This document shows positions 30,154 to 39,151 of a DNA stretch of 64,000 nt, piece after piece. Origin of the DNA: an uncultured Candidatus Saccharibacteria bacterium (GTDB taxonomy: Bacteria; Patescibacteriota; CALEFQ01); NCBI GenBank assembly GCA_965230955.1, contig OZ246404.1, positions 33,184 through 97,183 of the forward strand. Reading direction: 5' to 3'. The stretch's first letter is position 1, and every line of letters begins with the position of its first letter. Made by a program: the position numbers and the translations under genes. A model generated the notes under the pieces. It made no database searches. It saw only the letters and a list, made by a program, of their open reading frames with translations, and was not told the origin of the DNA.

Positions 30154-31359
30154 AACTGGAGTTTCATCACAAAGAATTGGATCGCAAAACTGCTGTGCCT
30201 TCTATTGGCGCTGGGGTTGTGGTTTTATATTGCCAATGAGGGATTTCAATTACAAAAAGTGGCCGGCGGCGTGCCGCTGGAGACCGCTAATTTAGACAAT
30301 GGTTTGGCGGTGACGGAAGATTTGGGGACGGTGCAATTGTCCGTTCGCCCTCAACAGGGATTGCGCAAGAGTATTTCTCCAGATAGTTTTGAAGCTTATG
30401 TCGACCTGGAAGGTCTGGGCGTCGGCGCTTACGAACTCCCGGTAAAGGTTTCGTCGAGCGATACTGAGATTCAGGTTTTGGAAATAAATCCGAGCAAGGT
30501 CAAGGTGACGCTTGATCGCAAAGTCACCAAAGCATTTTCAGTCACGGCTAAAGTTGAGGGGCAAGTCGGGACCGGCTACCTGGTGGGGGACTCAAAAATT
30601 TCTCCGACGGAAGTTGTTGTCTCGGGCGCCGAAGGTTTGGTCGGTTCGATTGCGACGGTCGTGGCGGATGTAAAATTGGTCGGCGATCTGTCGGAGATTC
30701 GTAAAACCGTTGAATTGAAAGCGATTTCCACGGCCGGCCAAGTGATAAAAAACGTGACCATTGAGCCGAAAACAGCCGAGATTACGATAGGCGTTTCCCA
30801 GGAATCCGATGTCAAAACGGTGGGTGTGAAAGTCAAAACCATAAACCAGCCCAAAGACGGTTATTTCATAAAAAGTTTGACGGCCAATCCGAGCACGGTT
30901 GTTTTGCGCGGCCAGCGCGACGTTTTGCAGCCGATCGAATATATCGAAACGAAAGAAGTGGATCTGAAAGATTTGACTAGCAGTACGGAGCGCACCGTCG
31001 GTCTGATTTTACCGGAGGGCGCTATCCTGGATGGTTCGGAAACCGTGAAAATTTCGATTGCCATTGACGGCAATGAATCGACCCGGGGCATGAGCGGCAT
31101 TTTTGAATTCAAAAACCTGGGCGGGAATCTGAAAATCGATTCTTTTTCGCCAACCAAGGCGGCTGTGACCGTCAAAGGCAAAGCGGGGCGTTTGTCCTCA
31201 TTGACCGAGCGCGATGTGCGTGTTATCGTTGACCTGGCCGGTAAAGGCGAAGGAACTTTTACGATCGGCCTGAACAAAGGTAATGTCGTTTTGCCGGATG
31301 AAGTGGCGCTGGAAAGTCTGGATGTGAAGGAGATACAAGTGACAATCAAAAATAAGTAA
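30154..31359 (+). CDS. cdaR: CdaA regulator CdaR (YbbR-like domain protein)
   Basis: N-terminal TM plus repeated YbbR-like beta-rich domains, immediately downstream of cdaA. Confidence 0.75.
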   Translation, partial: NWSFITKNWIAKLLCLLLALGLWFYIANEGFQLQKVAGGVPLETANLDNGLAVTEDLGTVQLSVRPQQGLRKSISPDSFEAYVDLEGLGVGAYELPVKVSSSDTEIQVLEINPSKVKVTLDRKVTKAFSVTAKVEGQVGTGYLVGDSKISPTEVVVSGAEGLVGSIATVVADVKLVGDLSEIRKTVELKAISTAGQVIKNVTIEPKTAEITIGVSQESDVKTVGVKVKTINQPKDGYFIKSLTANPSTVVLRGQRDVLQPIEYIETKEVDLKDLTSSTERTVGLILPEGAILDGSETVKISIAIDGNESTRGMSGIFEFKNLGGNLKIDSFSPTKAAVTVKGKAGRLSSLTERDVRVIVDLAGKGEGTFTIGLNKGNVVLPDEVALESLDVKEIQVTIKNK

Positions 31360-31428
31360 AAAGTCAAAAATCAAAAGTCAAAAGTTCGATGATCCGCTTT
31401 TGACCTTTGACTTTTAACTTTTGACTTA
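31357..31428. repeat. family F1 inverted repeat between cdaR and clpP
   Basis: AAGTAAAAAGTCAAAAATCAAAAGTCAAAAG ... CTTTTGACCTTTGACTTTTAACTTTTGACTT. Confidence 0.9.
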
Positions 31429-31433
31429 ATTTT

Positions 31434-32009
31434 ATGAATCTCATTCCAACTGTCATCGAAAAATCAAGCTTCGGCGAACGCGCCTACGACATTTATTCCC
31501 GCTTGCTCAAGGATCGTATCATTATGCTGGGCGGCCCGGTGGATGACGACGTGGCCAATATCATTATCGCCCAGATGCTTTTTCTGGAAAGCGAAGACAA
31601 GACCAAGGACATACATTTTTACATCAATAGCCCCGGCGGATCGGTCACGGCGGGTTTGGCGATTTATGACACAATGCAGCATATCAAGCCAAACGTTTCT
31701 ACGATCTGCGTCGGTCTGGCGGCTTCCATGGGCGCTTTCCTTTTGGCGGCGGGACACCCGGGCAAGCGTTTTGCTCTGCCGAACTCCGAGATTCTGATTC
31801 ATCAAGTCATGGGTGGAGCCGAGGGTCAGGCGGTTGATGTCGAGATTCGCGCGCGCCATATGATTCGTATCAAGGAAAGATTGGAACGGCTCTTGGCAAA
31901 GCACACCGGCCAACCCTTGAAAAAAGTGGCCGATGATACCGACCGCGACTATCACATGGACGCGGAAGAAGCGCGGAAGTATGGGATTATTGATAAAGTA
32001 TTAAAGTAA
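31434..32009 (+). CDS. clpP: ATP-dependent Clp protease proteolytic subunit
   Basis: ClpP fold with [14 protein letters not shown] active-site Ser region. Confidence 0.95.
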   Translation: MNLIPTVIEKSSFGERAYDIYSRLLKDRIIMLGGPVDDDVANIIIAQMLFLESEDKTKDIHFYINSPGGSVTAGLAIYDTMQHIKPNVSTICVGLAASMGAFLLAAGHPGKRFALPNSEILIHQVMGGAEGQAVDVEIRARHMIRIKERLERLLAKHTGQPLKKVADDTDRDYHMDAEEARKYGIIDKVLK

Positions 32010-32125
32010 TTCAAAATTCAGAATTCAAAATGCAAAATCAGGGCGGGCGACAGGGCTCGCCCTTTGTGTTTGACAATCAATAGAGTAAGGGTAAGATGGG
32101 GGCAGCAACCTCAGGAGGTGAAAGT

Positions 32126-32365
32126 ATGAAATGGAAACGACGGATTTTGTTGACTCTAGGCTGCCTATTTCTTGCCGCCGCCATAATCGTGCTGGGAATT
32201 TCCGGGATATATTCCGAATTTGGCATGAGAGGGGAAACTCTGAAATATCTGGCGATCGCGGTGGGATTGGTGGCGATTTGTCTCGGGCTTGCCTATTGGG
32301 GAGATGATATTCGAATCGTTAAACCTGATCCACCAGTTAATCGAGCCAAGCCGAAATCAATCTAG
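32126..32365 (+). CDS. 79-aa two-TM membrane protein (AGGAGGTGAAAGT RBS)
   Basis: RBS and TM helices. Confidence 0.5.
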   Translation: MKWKRRILLTLGCLFLAAAIIVLGISGIYSEFGMRGETLKYLAIAVGLVAICLGLAYWGDDIRIVKPDPPVNRAKPKSI

Positions 32366-32469
32366 CAGTCTGTGCATCTCAAAGCCTTGATGTCTCATCA
32401 GGGCTTTATTATTGACAAAGGAATTTCGTATGCGATACTAAAATCAAACTTGTCAGAAAAGGAGGATCA

Positions 32470-32569
32470 TATGCCGAGGCGAATTAAGGACGAAAAGTAT
32501 TATCCAATGGCTCGCCCGGATGACCAGGACAGAATTACTTCAGCCAACTCCGTGCCAGCTGATGATTGA
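32470..32569 (+). CDS. 32-aa acidic peptide MPRRIKDEKYYPMARPDDQDRITSANSVPADD
   Basis: AAAGGAGGATCAT-ATG strong RBS; followed by the terminator at 32578. Confidence 0.35.
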
Positions 32570-32577
32570 TAATCAGT

Positions 32578-32700
32578 GTCGGCACAGCGCTTCCTTCCGG
32601 AGGCGCTTTTTATATTACCGTCAGGAATCGGCCTTATTTTATTTTCTTGACAAGAAAGTAGATACTCGCCATACTGCTCTAAACCCTAGCCGAAAAGGAG
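32578..32700 (+). promoter_or_regulatory. module 1: terminator hairpin AGCGCTTCC-TTCC-GGAGGCGCT-T5, promoter TTGACA-17-CATACT, RBS AAAAGGAGG
   Basis: near-identical module repeated at 33351. Confidence 0.6.
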
Positions 32701-32706
32701 GCTGAT

Positions 32707-33330
32707 ATGGCAAAAGGTTGGAAAACTCTGGTGTTAGTGGGTTGTATGGTATTGATATTTTCGCTTATGCTTTGGCGGGCAGGTGTTGGTTCGATCGGTG
32801 AGCCTGACAAGTCTGCCATAAAATTCCACAACGATGTCATCTTTCTTGGTTTAATCCCTTTCCTTGTACCGGTTCTCTGGCTGTCATTGATTCACATTGC
32901 TCACCGCCGGCCCCCGATGTGGATACCGATTGTATGTATTCTGGTCTATCTTCTTGTGTCCTCTGTCTTTTACACCGGCGGCCAGGAAGTTGTCTTTGTG
33001 CAGAATGGGCAGGTCAAGACGGTCTGTCTGGTTACCCCTTTTCTCAGTGAATTGCAGGCGGTACCGGTACACTATGTCATCGAGGCGGAATGTTGTCCGG
33101 AACAGCCCGGGAAGATAGGGGCTCGACTGGATTTCTACCCGGATCGTTCACTCTGGACACAATTTGAGCCGGTCGCGATTCGGAAAATTTTTCAGACGAA
33201 AGTCGAGAAAAGTTTATCGGAGGTTTCCGATGTTGATTGGAAAAGCCTGGATCGCCTGAAAGATGATCTGTTGCAAGTGCCCGAAAACTTACCCGGAAAA
33301 ATCAAAGTACAAGTCACCGTATCAATGTAA
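32707..33330 (+). CDS. 207-aa membrane protein (three TM plus soluble C-domain), N-terminus MAKGWKTLVLVG
   Basis: strong RBS; paralogous N-terminus to the next gene. Confidence 0.6.
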   Translation: MAKGWKTLVLVGCMVLIFSLMLWRAGVGSIGEPDKSAIKFHNDVIFLGLIPFLVPVLWLSLIHIAHRRPPMWIPIVCILVYLLVSSVFYTGGQEVVFVQNGQVKTVCLVTPFLSELQAVPVHYVIEAECCPEQPGKIGARLDFYPDRSLWTQFEPVAIRKIFQTKVEKSLSEVSDVDWKSLDRLKDDLLQVPENLPGKIKVQVTVSM

Positions 33331-33350
33331 ACGAGGTGATCAATTTGAAA

Positions 33351-33435
33351 ACAGCGCTTCCTTCCGGAGGCGCTTTTTATTTGACAAAGGTCATTTTTGT
33401 GCAATACTGAGCTCAAACAATGCCATCAAAGGAGG
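33351..33435 (+). promoter_or_regulatory. module 2: the same terminator hairpin, TTGACA-16-AATACT promoter, AAAGGAGG RBS
   Basis: AAAACAGCGCTTCCTTCCGGAGGCGCTTTTTATTTGACAAAGG matches the 32576 module. Confidence 0.6.
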
Positions 33436-33440
33436 TATTC

Positions 33441-33953
33441 ATGGCAAAAAAATGGATAGCACTGGTAGCTATAGCGGTTTTGTTTTCTCTTGTGACATTA
33501 GGGTGGCGGGTTTTTCTGAGGCCGCTGATTTTTCCAGAAATTGAATCGGCCAGTATCTTGGCGTGGGTAATCGACATTGGTTTGGGATCACTGATGATGC
33601 TTATGTTTATCGGATTAATGATGTACATTGGCATTCTGGATGCGTGGAAAAATGATCGGTTGACCCTGGAAAAAGAATTACTCCGTCGGGCCGAGAGAGC
33701 GCGAACTTTGGCCGGCCAGTCTCTAAAGGGTTTTGAGCAAGTGACCCTCTCGGATCTCGGCGGTCAGACAGACGATGCGGGAAATCTCTATGTGATATTT
33801 CATCATGGCATGGAGAGTCTCCTGATCCGTGGTCGGTCCTGGAGGCACCAGCTATTTGGCCGACCCAAGGCGCGAGAGGTCAATGTAACGTTGTCTGATG
33901 TTGGCCTGGTACATCCGGTCCAACAGGAAGTGCGTGTACGTAGCGGACTATGA
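33441..33953 (+). CDS. 171-aa membrane protein (three TM plus soluble C-domain), N-terminus MAKKWIALVAIA
   Basis: RBS; N-terminal paralogy with the 32707 gene. Confidence 0.6.
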   Translation: MAKKWIALVAIAVLFSLVTLGWRVFLRPLIFPEIESASILAWVIDIGLGSLMMLMFIGLMMYIGILDAWKNDRLTLEKELLRRAERARTLAGQSLKGFEQVTLSDLGGQTDDAGNLYVIFHHGMESLLIRGRSWRHQLFGRPKAREVNVTLSDVGLVHPVQQEVRVRSGL

Positions 33954-34083
33954 AAAGTGGACCATTATCTCTTGCCGGCAGCCGGCAGGTATAATGGTCC
34001 TTTTACATTTGACAACAAAAAACGGCGGTGCTAGAGATATATCCAACGGTCTTGTTTTTTCACCGAAGCAAAGGAGGAAAGCG

Positions 34084-34614
34084 ATGAAGATGTGGTGGAT
34101 ATGGGTTATATTGGTATCGGTCACGGTTTCTGCCGGAGATTGTCCCAGAGAAAGAGCGATCACGGCGCTGTTTCCTGACCTGTCGGCGGAAGTTTTGCAA
34201 GAAGTTTGCGCCGGGCTGGAGGGTAACAAACAGTTGAATAATTTGCTGGGTCAGGCTCGCCGGGCAAAAATGGATGATTGGGGACGAGTAGTGATCAAAC
34301 TGGCTTATCTGGACAATTTGCGCCGAACGGTAAAAAAGACGGTGGAAAACGTGCCTGACAGCGGGGAGCTTCCGCTTGAAAATCAGCGCTTTTTCCAGAA
34401 AGTCACCGATATTTTCGCCCATCTGCAGAAAGACTGGATCAGAGCGCTTGGCCAGAGTAGCCTGATCAAACACCGACCGGAAGACTGCAGGGCAAGTCGT
34501 GAAGTGCTTTCATCTGAGTGTGTCGAGGAATATCGGCTTTTGAGTCTCAGTCTGAAATCATTTATCGGACAACAAGCCGATTTGGCCGCCGCTCATATCA
34601 AAGTTGGGCGTTGA
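34084..34614 (+). CDS. 176-aa secreted/signal-anchored protein (MKMWWIWVILVSVTVSAGDC...)
   Basis: CAAAGGAGGAAAGCG-ATG RBS; signal peptide-like N-terminus. Confidence 0.5.
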   Translation: MKMWWIWVILVSVTVSAGDCPRERAITALFPDLSAEVLQEVCAGLEGNKQLNNLLGQARRAKMDDWGRVVIKLAYLDNLRRTVKKTVENVPDSGELPLENQRFFQKVTDIFAHLQKDWIRALGQSSLIKHRPEDCRASREVLSSECVEEYRLLSLSLKSFIGQQADLAAAHIKVGR

Positions 34615-34632
34615 ATCAGTGAAATCGATGTG

Positions 34633-34668
34633 TTCTCCTCTGGAAACGGGGGAGAATTTTTTTTGGCG
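34633..34668 (+). terminator. terminator TCTCCTCTGGAAACGGGGGAGA-ATTTTTTTT
   Basis: hairpin plus T8. Confidence 0.7.
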
Positions 34669-34684
34669 CGAATTTTGCGGTTTC

Positions 34685-34996
34685 TTGACGCTAATCCTGG
34701 GCTGGGGTAATATGGGAACAGGAATTTATCCTCCTTCGCCCGCCGGTCGGTGGGCTACGAAGGACTTTGTCAGTTAATTTTCGGTGTTTAGCGTGTTGGT
34801 CGGAGATACGGAAGTTAGTCTTATTTAAACTTTTTTCTCCTTGGAGAGCCAAAATAGCAATTCGCCCCTTTACTGGTCGGGATAGCTCTCCCTACAAAAC
34901 ACAATGTCACTCTTTATCCGTCAACTTGAAGCGGAAATCTAATTACGCCCTGCGGGCGGGTTTTAGAGTAGACGACACCGAGCAACCTAAATTTTT
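34685..34996 (+). promoter_or_regulatory. rny promoter (TTGACG-17-TAATAT) and about 280-nt leader ending in hairpin CGCCC-TGC-GGGCG-GGTTTTA just before the start codon
   Basis: hexamers and hairpin seen directly; no protein-like ORF in the leader. Confidence 0.45.
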
Positions 34997-36526
34997 ATGG
35001 AAACCATTATCGGGATCATCTTAGGTGTTATTGGTATTGCTGTTGGCGCCGGAATCGGTTATGCGGTTCGCCAAAGTTTGGCTAAAAAATCGGTGGACAG
35101 CGCCGAAGCCAAAGCAGAAAAACTGATTGAAGAAGCCAAATCAAAGCAAAAAGAACTCTTGCTCGAGGCCAATGAAAAATCAATCAAAGTGATTGAAGAA
35201 GCCAAAAGCGAGGAAAAAGAACGTCGTAATCAATTGATAGAAATCGAGCGGCGGGTGGAACGTCGGGAAGAATTGATCGATCGCAAGTACGATGAACTGG
35301 ATAAAAAAGATCAAGAGCTGAATCAGCGCTTGCAAAAAGCGCGCGATGTCCGCAAGGAATTGGATGAAATCCGCCTCCAACAATTGGCCAAACTGGAAAA
35401 GGTAGCCGGTTTGTCGCGCGACAAAGCGAAAGAATTGATGCTGGAACTGACGGAGAAGGATATGAAAGATCGTTTACTGAAGCGTATCCGTCAATTGGAA
35501 GCGGAAGGCGAAGAAGCCTTCGAAGAAAAATCACGCGAAATTCTGAATCTGGCGATCCAGCGGATTGCCACTTCGCACACTTCGGAATCGACCGCCACGA
35601 CGGTGGCTTTGCCCAACGATGAAATGAAAGGCCGGATTATCGGACGCGAAGGTCGTAATATCAAAGCGCTGGAAACATTGACCGGCGTTGAAATCGTGGT
35701 TGATGATACGCCGGAAGCGATTGTTATTTCCGGTTTTAATCCGATTCGCCGCCAAGTGGCCAAGATGGCTCTGGAAAAATTGATGGCCGACGGTCGGATT
35801 CATCCTTCCCGGATTGAAGATTCGATTATCGAAGCCAAAAAAGCGATCGCGAAAAATATCAAAGAAGCCGGCGAAGCGGTGGTCTATGATGTCGGTATTG
35901 CCGGAGTCGATCCGAAATTGGTCAGTTTGCTGGGACGCTTGAAATATCGCACCAGCTACGGCCAAAATGTTTTGAAACATTCTTTGGAAGTCGCCCACAT
36001 TTCCCGCATCTTGGCGGAAGAATTGGGGGCGGACGTGACTATTGCCAAAACCGCCGGTTTGTTCCATGACATCGGCAAGGCGGTTGATCATGAAATTCAG
36101 GGCACTCATATTGAAATCGGCCGCGATATTCTGAAACGCTTTAGTTTCGATGAAAAAGTCATCCACGCGATCGAAGCTCATCATGAAGATGTCCCGTGCA
36201 AATCGGTCGAAGCGATAATCGTCAAAGTGGCTGATGCCATCTCGGCTTCTCGGCCCGGCGCGCGCCGCGACTCTTATGAAGAATATATCAAGCGTCTGGA
36301 AGATTTGGAGAATGTAGCGCTCTCTTTCCCGGGTATCGAAAAAGCCTACGCCATTCAGGCCGGTCGCGAAGTGCGTGTCTTTGTCCAGCCGAACGAAATT
36401 GACGATTTCGGCGCCCAAAAGATTGCACGCCAAATCGCCGACAAAGTTGAAGCCAATCTGAAATATCCCGGTGAAATCAAAGTGACCGTCATCCGCGAGA
36501 TGCGGGTGGAAGATTACGCCAGATAA
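34997..36526 (+). CDS. rny: ribonuclease Y
   Basis: N-terminal TM, coiled-coil, KH domain GRIIGREGRNIKALE, HD domain HDIGKA. Confidence 0.95.
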   Translation: METIIGIILGVIGIAVGAGIGYAVRQSLAKKSVDSAEAKAEKLIEEAKSKQKELLLEANEKSIKVIEEAKSEEKERRNQLIEIERRVERREELIDRKYDELDKKDQELNQRLQKARDVRKELDEIRLQQLAKLEKVAGLSRDKAKELMLELTEKDMKDRLLKRIRQLEAEGEEAFEEKSREILNLAIQRIATSHTSESTATTVALPNDEMKGRIIGREGRNIKALETLTGVEIVVDDTPEAIVISGFNPIRRQVAKMALEKLMADGRIHPSRIEDSIIEAKKAIAKNIKEAGEAVVYDVGIAGVDPKLVSLLGRLKYRTSYGQNVLKHSLEVAHISRILAEELGADVTIAKTAGLFHDIGKAVDHEIQGTHIEIGRDILKRFSFDEKVIHAIEAHHEDVPCKSVEAIIVKVADAISASRPGARRDSYEEYIKRLEDLENVALSFPGIEKAYAIQAGREVRVFVQPNEIDDFGAQKIARQIADKVEANLKYPGEIKVTVIREMRVEDYAR

Positions 36527-36527
36527 A

Positions 36528-36600
36528 AGTGTAGGGGCAGGCCCATGTGCCTGCCCTTCGTTAGAGAATAGGGCGGACGCATTTAGCCGCCCCTACAAAG
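36528..36600 (+). other. nested hairpins (GTAGGGGC...GCCCCTAC outer; GGCAGGC/GCCTGCC and GGGCGG/CCGCCC inner) between rny and ymdB
   Basis: complementarity seen directly. Confidence 0.5.
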
Positions 36601-36604
36601 ATTC

Positions 36605-37402
36605 ATGAAAATATTATTTTTCGGCGACATTGTGGGTAAAGCCGGCCGACACGCGGTCAAGGCGGTTTTGCCGAAGTTGCGAGCGCAGTATGAACCTGAT
36701 TTGGTGATTGCCAATGCGGAAAATTTGGCGCACGGATTGGGGGTGACTCGGCGCACTCTTGAAGAAATGACCGATGCCGGCGTGAATTTTTTTACCAGCG
36801 GCAATCACATCTGGCAGCAAAAAGAAGCGGAAGAGCTGTTGCGCGATAAAAGCATCCCGCTGATTCGCCCGGCTAATTATCCGTCGGAAACACCGGGCGA
36901 CGGTTATCGGATTATTGAAGTGGGTGTTGGTAAATTTGCTTTGATCATCAGTCTGCTGGGGCAGACTTTTTTTGATGAAAATCTTGATTCGCCGATGCGG
37001 ACTATGGATAAAATTCTGGCGGAAACAAAAAACAAAAAAATCCACGCCGTGATAGTCGATTTTCATAAAGAAGTGACCAGTGAAATTCAGGCTCTCGGGT
37101 TTTACCTGGATGGCCGAGTCTCGGCGGTACTGGGGACGCACACTCATATTCCGACCGCGGATGAACGAATTTTGCCGCGCGGGACGGGGTTTATCACCGA
37201 TGTCGGAATGGCCGGCGTGCGCGATACTTCGTTGGGGGTGGATGTTCAGCAAGTCATTAAATGGATGCTGACCCAGCGACCGGTAAAATTTGATCGGCCG
37301 GAAGAAGGCCTGTGTCGCGTTGACGCGGTGGTGATCGATATCGATCCGGCTAGTCGCCAAGCCAAATCAATCGAAAGAATTAATTTAGAAGTGGAAGTCT
37401 GA
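36605..37402 (+). CDS. ymdB: YmdB-like metallophosphoesterase (TIGR00282 family, 2',3'-cyclic nucleotide phosphodiesterase)
   Basis: FFGDIVGKAGR, NAEN, GNH motifs; conserved rny-ymdB synteny. Confidence 0.8.
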   Translation: MKILFFGDIVGKAGRHAVKAVLPKLRAQYEPDLVIANAENLAHGLGVTRRTLEEMTDAGVNFFTSGNHIWQQKEAEELLRDKSIPLIRPANYPSETPGDGYRIIEVGVGKFALIISLLGQTFFDENLDSPMRTMDKILAETKNKKIHAVIVDFHKEVTSEIQALGFYLDGRVSAVLGTHTHIPTADERILPRGTGFITDVGMAGVRDTSLGVDVQQVIKWMLTQRPVKFDRPEEGLCRVDAVVIDIDPASRQAKSIERINLEVEV

Positions 37403-37625
37403 AGAAGATATTAAGAAGAATAAGAGTATTAAGATATTAAGAACATTAAGATATTAAGAACATTAAGATATTAAGAATGTTAAGATATTAAGAGTATTAA
37501 GAGGCTGGTAAACAAAGGGAATTTAATATGAGCGCTAACCTCTTAACGTTCTTAATATCTTAATTCTCTTAATATCTTAGTATCTTAACGTTCTTAATTC
37601 TCTTAATATCTTAATATCTTTTCCG
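37400..37625. repeat. giant family F2 inverted repeat, about 105-nt arms of TTAAGATATTAAGAAC units
   Basis: left arm 37400-37505, loop about 37506-37527, right arm to 37625. Confidence 0.9.
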
Positions 37626-37785
37626 GGTGCTAGATTAGCGGACTTTGTTTGCACTGCCAGAGGTTTTTTGCTAGAATAAGCTCAAAAGTCGTGAAAGTGT
37701 GTGGATAAGCCAATTCATAATTTTTCCCTAAGCTCTGACAGGCCAGAAATGGCTTAGTAGAGCCAAAAGAAAGGGGGTGAATATC

Positions 37786-38061
37786 ATGACCAAGCAAGAC
37801 TTAATCGACAAAATGGCGGAAAAAGCAGCCATCAGCAAGAAAGCTGCTGAAGATGCCATGGAATCTTTGATGGAGAACATCACCAAGGCTTTGCAGAGTG
37901 GCGACAAAGTTGCCATTACCGGTTTCGGTGTTTTCTCAGTTTCTCAGCGCAAAGCGCGCACCGGCGTCAACCCGCAAAAACCGACCGAGAAGATCCAAAT
38001 CCCGGCCGTGAAAGTTCCGAAATTCAAGGCGGGCAAGACCTTGAAAGACGCGATCAAATAA
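37786..38061 (+). CDS. hup: DNA-binding protein HU
   Basis: MTKQDLIDKMAEKAAISKKAAEDAMESL...GFGVFSVSQRKARTGVNPQ HU signature; AAAGGGGGTG RBS. Confidence 0.9.
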   Translation: MTKQDLIDKMAEKAAISKKAAEDAMESLMENITKALQSGDKVAITGFGVFSVSQRKARTGVNPQKPTEKIQIPAVKVPKFKAGKTLKDAIK

Positions 38062-38123
38062 TTACCCGAGCCCTGAGGCTTCCCGAAGGGTCGATGGGTA
38101 GTTATGATTTGTGAATACAAACA

Positions 38124-38158
38124 AAGGCCCCAGCACTTAGTGTGCCGGGGTTTTTGTT
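38124..38158 (+). terminator. terminator GGCCCCAGCAC-TTAG-TGTGCCGGGG-TTTTTGTT
   Basis: hairpin plus T-run. Confidence 0.7.
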
Positions 38159-38297
38159 ATGTTTTGCTTATTATTTTTTCGACGTATATCGGCCGGCCGG
38201 TTCGCCGGTAGTCCTTGACATATTTTCGTGATTTTGATTAGATGGACAGTTGATTCCATCGGCCATACCGATAAAACAATCGGGAAAGGAGGATTTT

Positions 38298-39101
38298 ATG
38301 GCGTCCGAGGAAAGAACTCGTGAATCGGAAGAGTTGATTCGCCGTATCCGTTTGCGAGATTTTCAAAATGCGCAAGAGTGTCGAGAAATTCTGGAATACT
38401 TGCTCTTCGGGGGTGAATTGTTTGAGCCCCAAGGTTTCTCGGCCATGTGGGAACTGCTGTTTCACTACCGTAAAATGTATCCAGACATTTGCCCGCTGGC
38501 AGCGGAGCTGGCCCGGTTTCTGGGTGATGATTTTCTGCCCCGGCTACTCGAAGAAACGGAGCGATTGCTGGTAAATTCGGAAGTGGACGGCACCGGGAGC
38601 GCTCTTGGCTTGGGCTTCATTTTCGGTCAGTTGCTGGTATTTTATGAGTATTACCCACAAGAATGGAAGCTGACAGGGCAACAGGCTGTTTTCCAGTTTC
38701 TGGAAATGCTTTGGAGTCGTTTCGATTTCGACGGCGAAAAGCAGCGTGCGGTGGGTGAGGCTTGCTTTCGGGTCCAACACTGGAACTTGATTCGGAGCGG
38801 GAAGATGATCTGGCTGATTCCGATGATTTACCAGATTTGGAAGGTTCCGGAGGAGAAGCGGTTGAAACTGGCATGGCCGTATGAACAATGGCCGCTCGTG
38901 CGGAATCTCACCGTCTCCGATGCTTCATTGACTCAGCAAATTTTGTCGCATCTGAAGCGGGAATCGGCGCATTTGTATGCTGATTGGCAAAAGCTCCTGA
39001 TCATGAGCGAGCTGGTGCCGGATCTGGAGGCGCCGGAAATCCAGGTGACGATTCAGCTGATGATGCAGGCAAGCTTCAGCCTGGCTCTCTACGCCAAGTA
39101 A
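38298..39101 (+). CDS. 267-aa aromatic-rich helical hypothetical protein with its own RBS and terminator
   Basis: GGAAAGGAGG RBS; no recognisable motif. Confidence 0.5.
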   Translation: MASEERTRESEELIRRIRLRDFQNAQECREILEYLLFGGELFEPQGFSAMWELLFHYRKMYPDICPLAAELARFLGDDFLPRLLEETERLLVNSEVDGTGSALGLGFIFGQLLVFYEYYPQEWKLTGQQAVFQFLEMLWSRFDFDGEKQRAVGEACFRVQHWNLIRSGKMIWLIPMIYQIWKVPEEKRLKLAWPYEQWPLVRNLTVSDASLTQQILSHLKRESAHLYADWQKLLIMSELVPDLEAPEIQVTIQLMMQASFSLALYAK

Positions 39102-39111
39102 AAATGCACAA

Positions 39112-39146
39112 CAAAGGCGGAAATTATTTTCCGCCTTTTCTTTTTT
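39112..39146. terminator. bidirectional terminator AAAGGCGGAAATTATTTTCCGCCTTTTCTTTTTT
   Basis: hairpin with flanking A/T runs. Confidence 0.75.
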
Positions 39147-39151
39147 GGAAA

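Noticed and set aside
32578-32605. CTTCCTTCCGGAGG string resembling the SRP RNA domain IV motif (CCGGAAGGAAGC on the minus strand)
   Set aside because: It is a symmetric 9-bp hairpin followed by T5 and occurs twice as the cassette terminator. The rest of an SRP RNA (5' domain, GGUCAGG) is absent.
34767-35024. 85-aa ORF in the rny leader
   Set aside because: It has no RBS and a cysteine- and arginine-rich low-complexity translation. It overlaps the rny start, so it is better explained as structured leader RNA.
35531-36433. 300-aa minus-strand ORF
   Set aside because: It is antisense within rny. Its composition reflects the complementary strand of a highly expressed gene.
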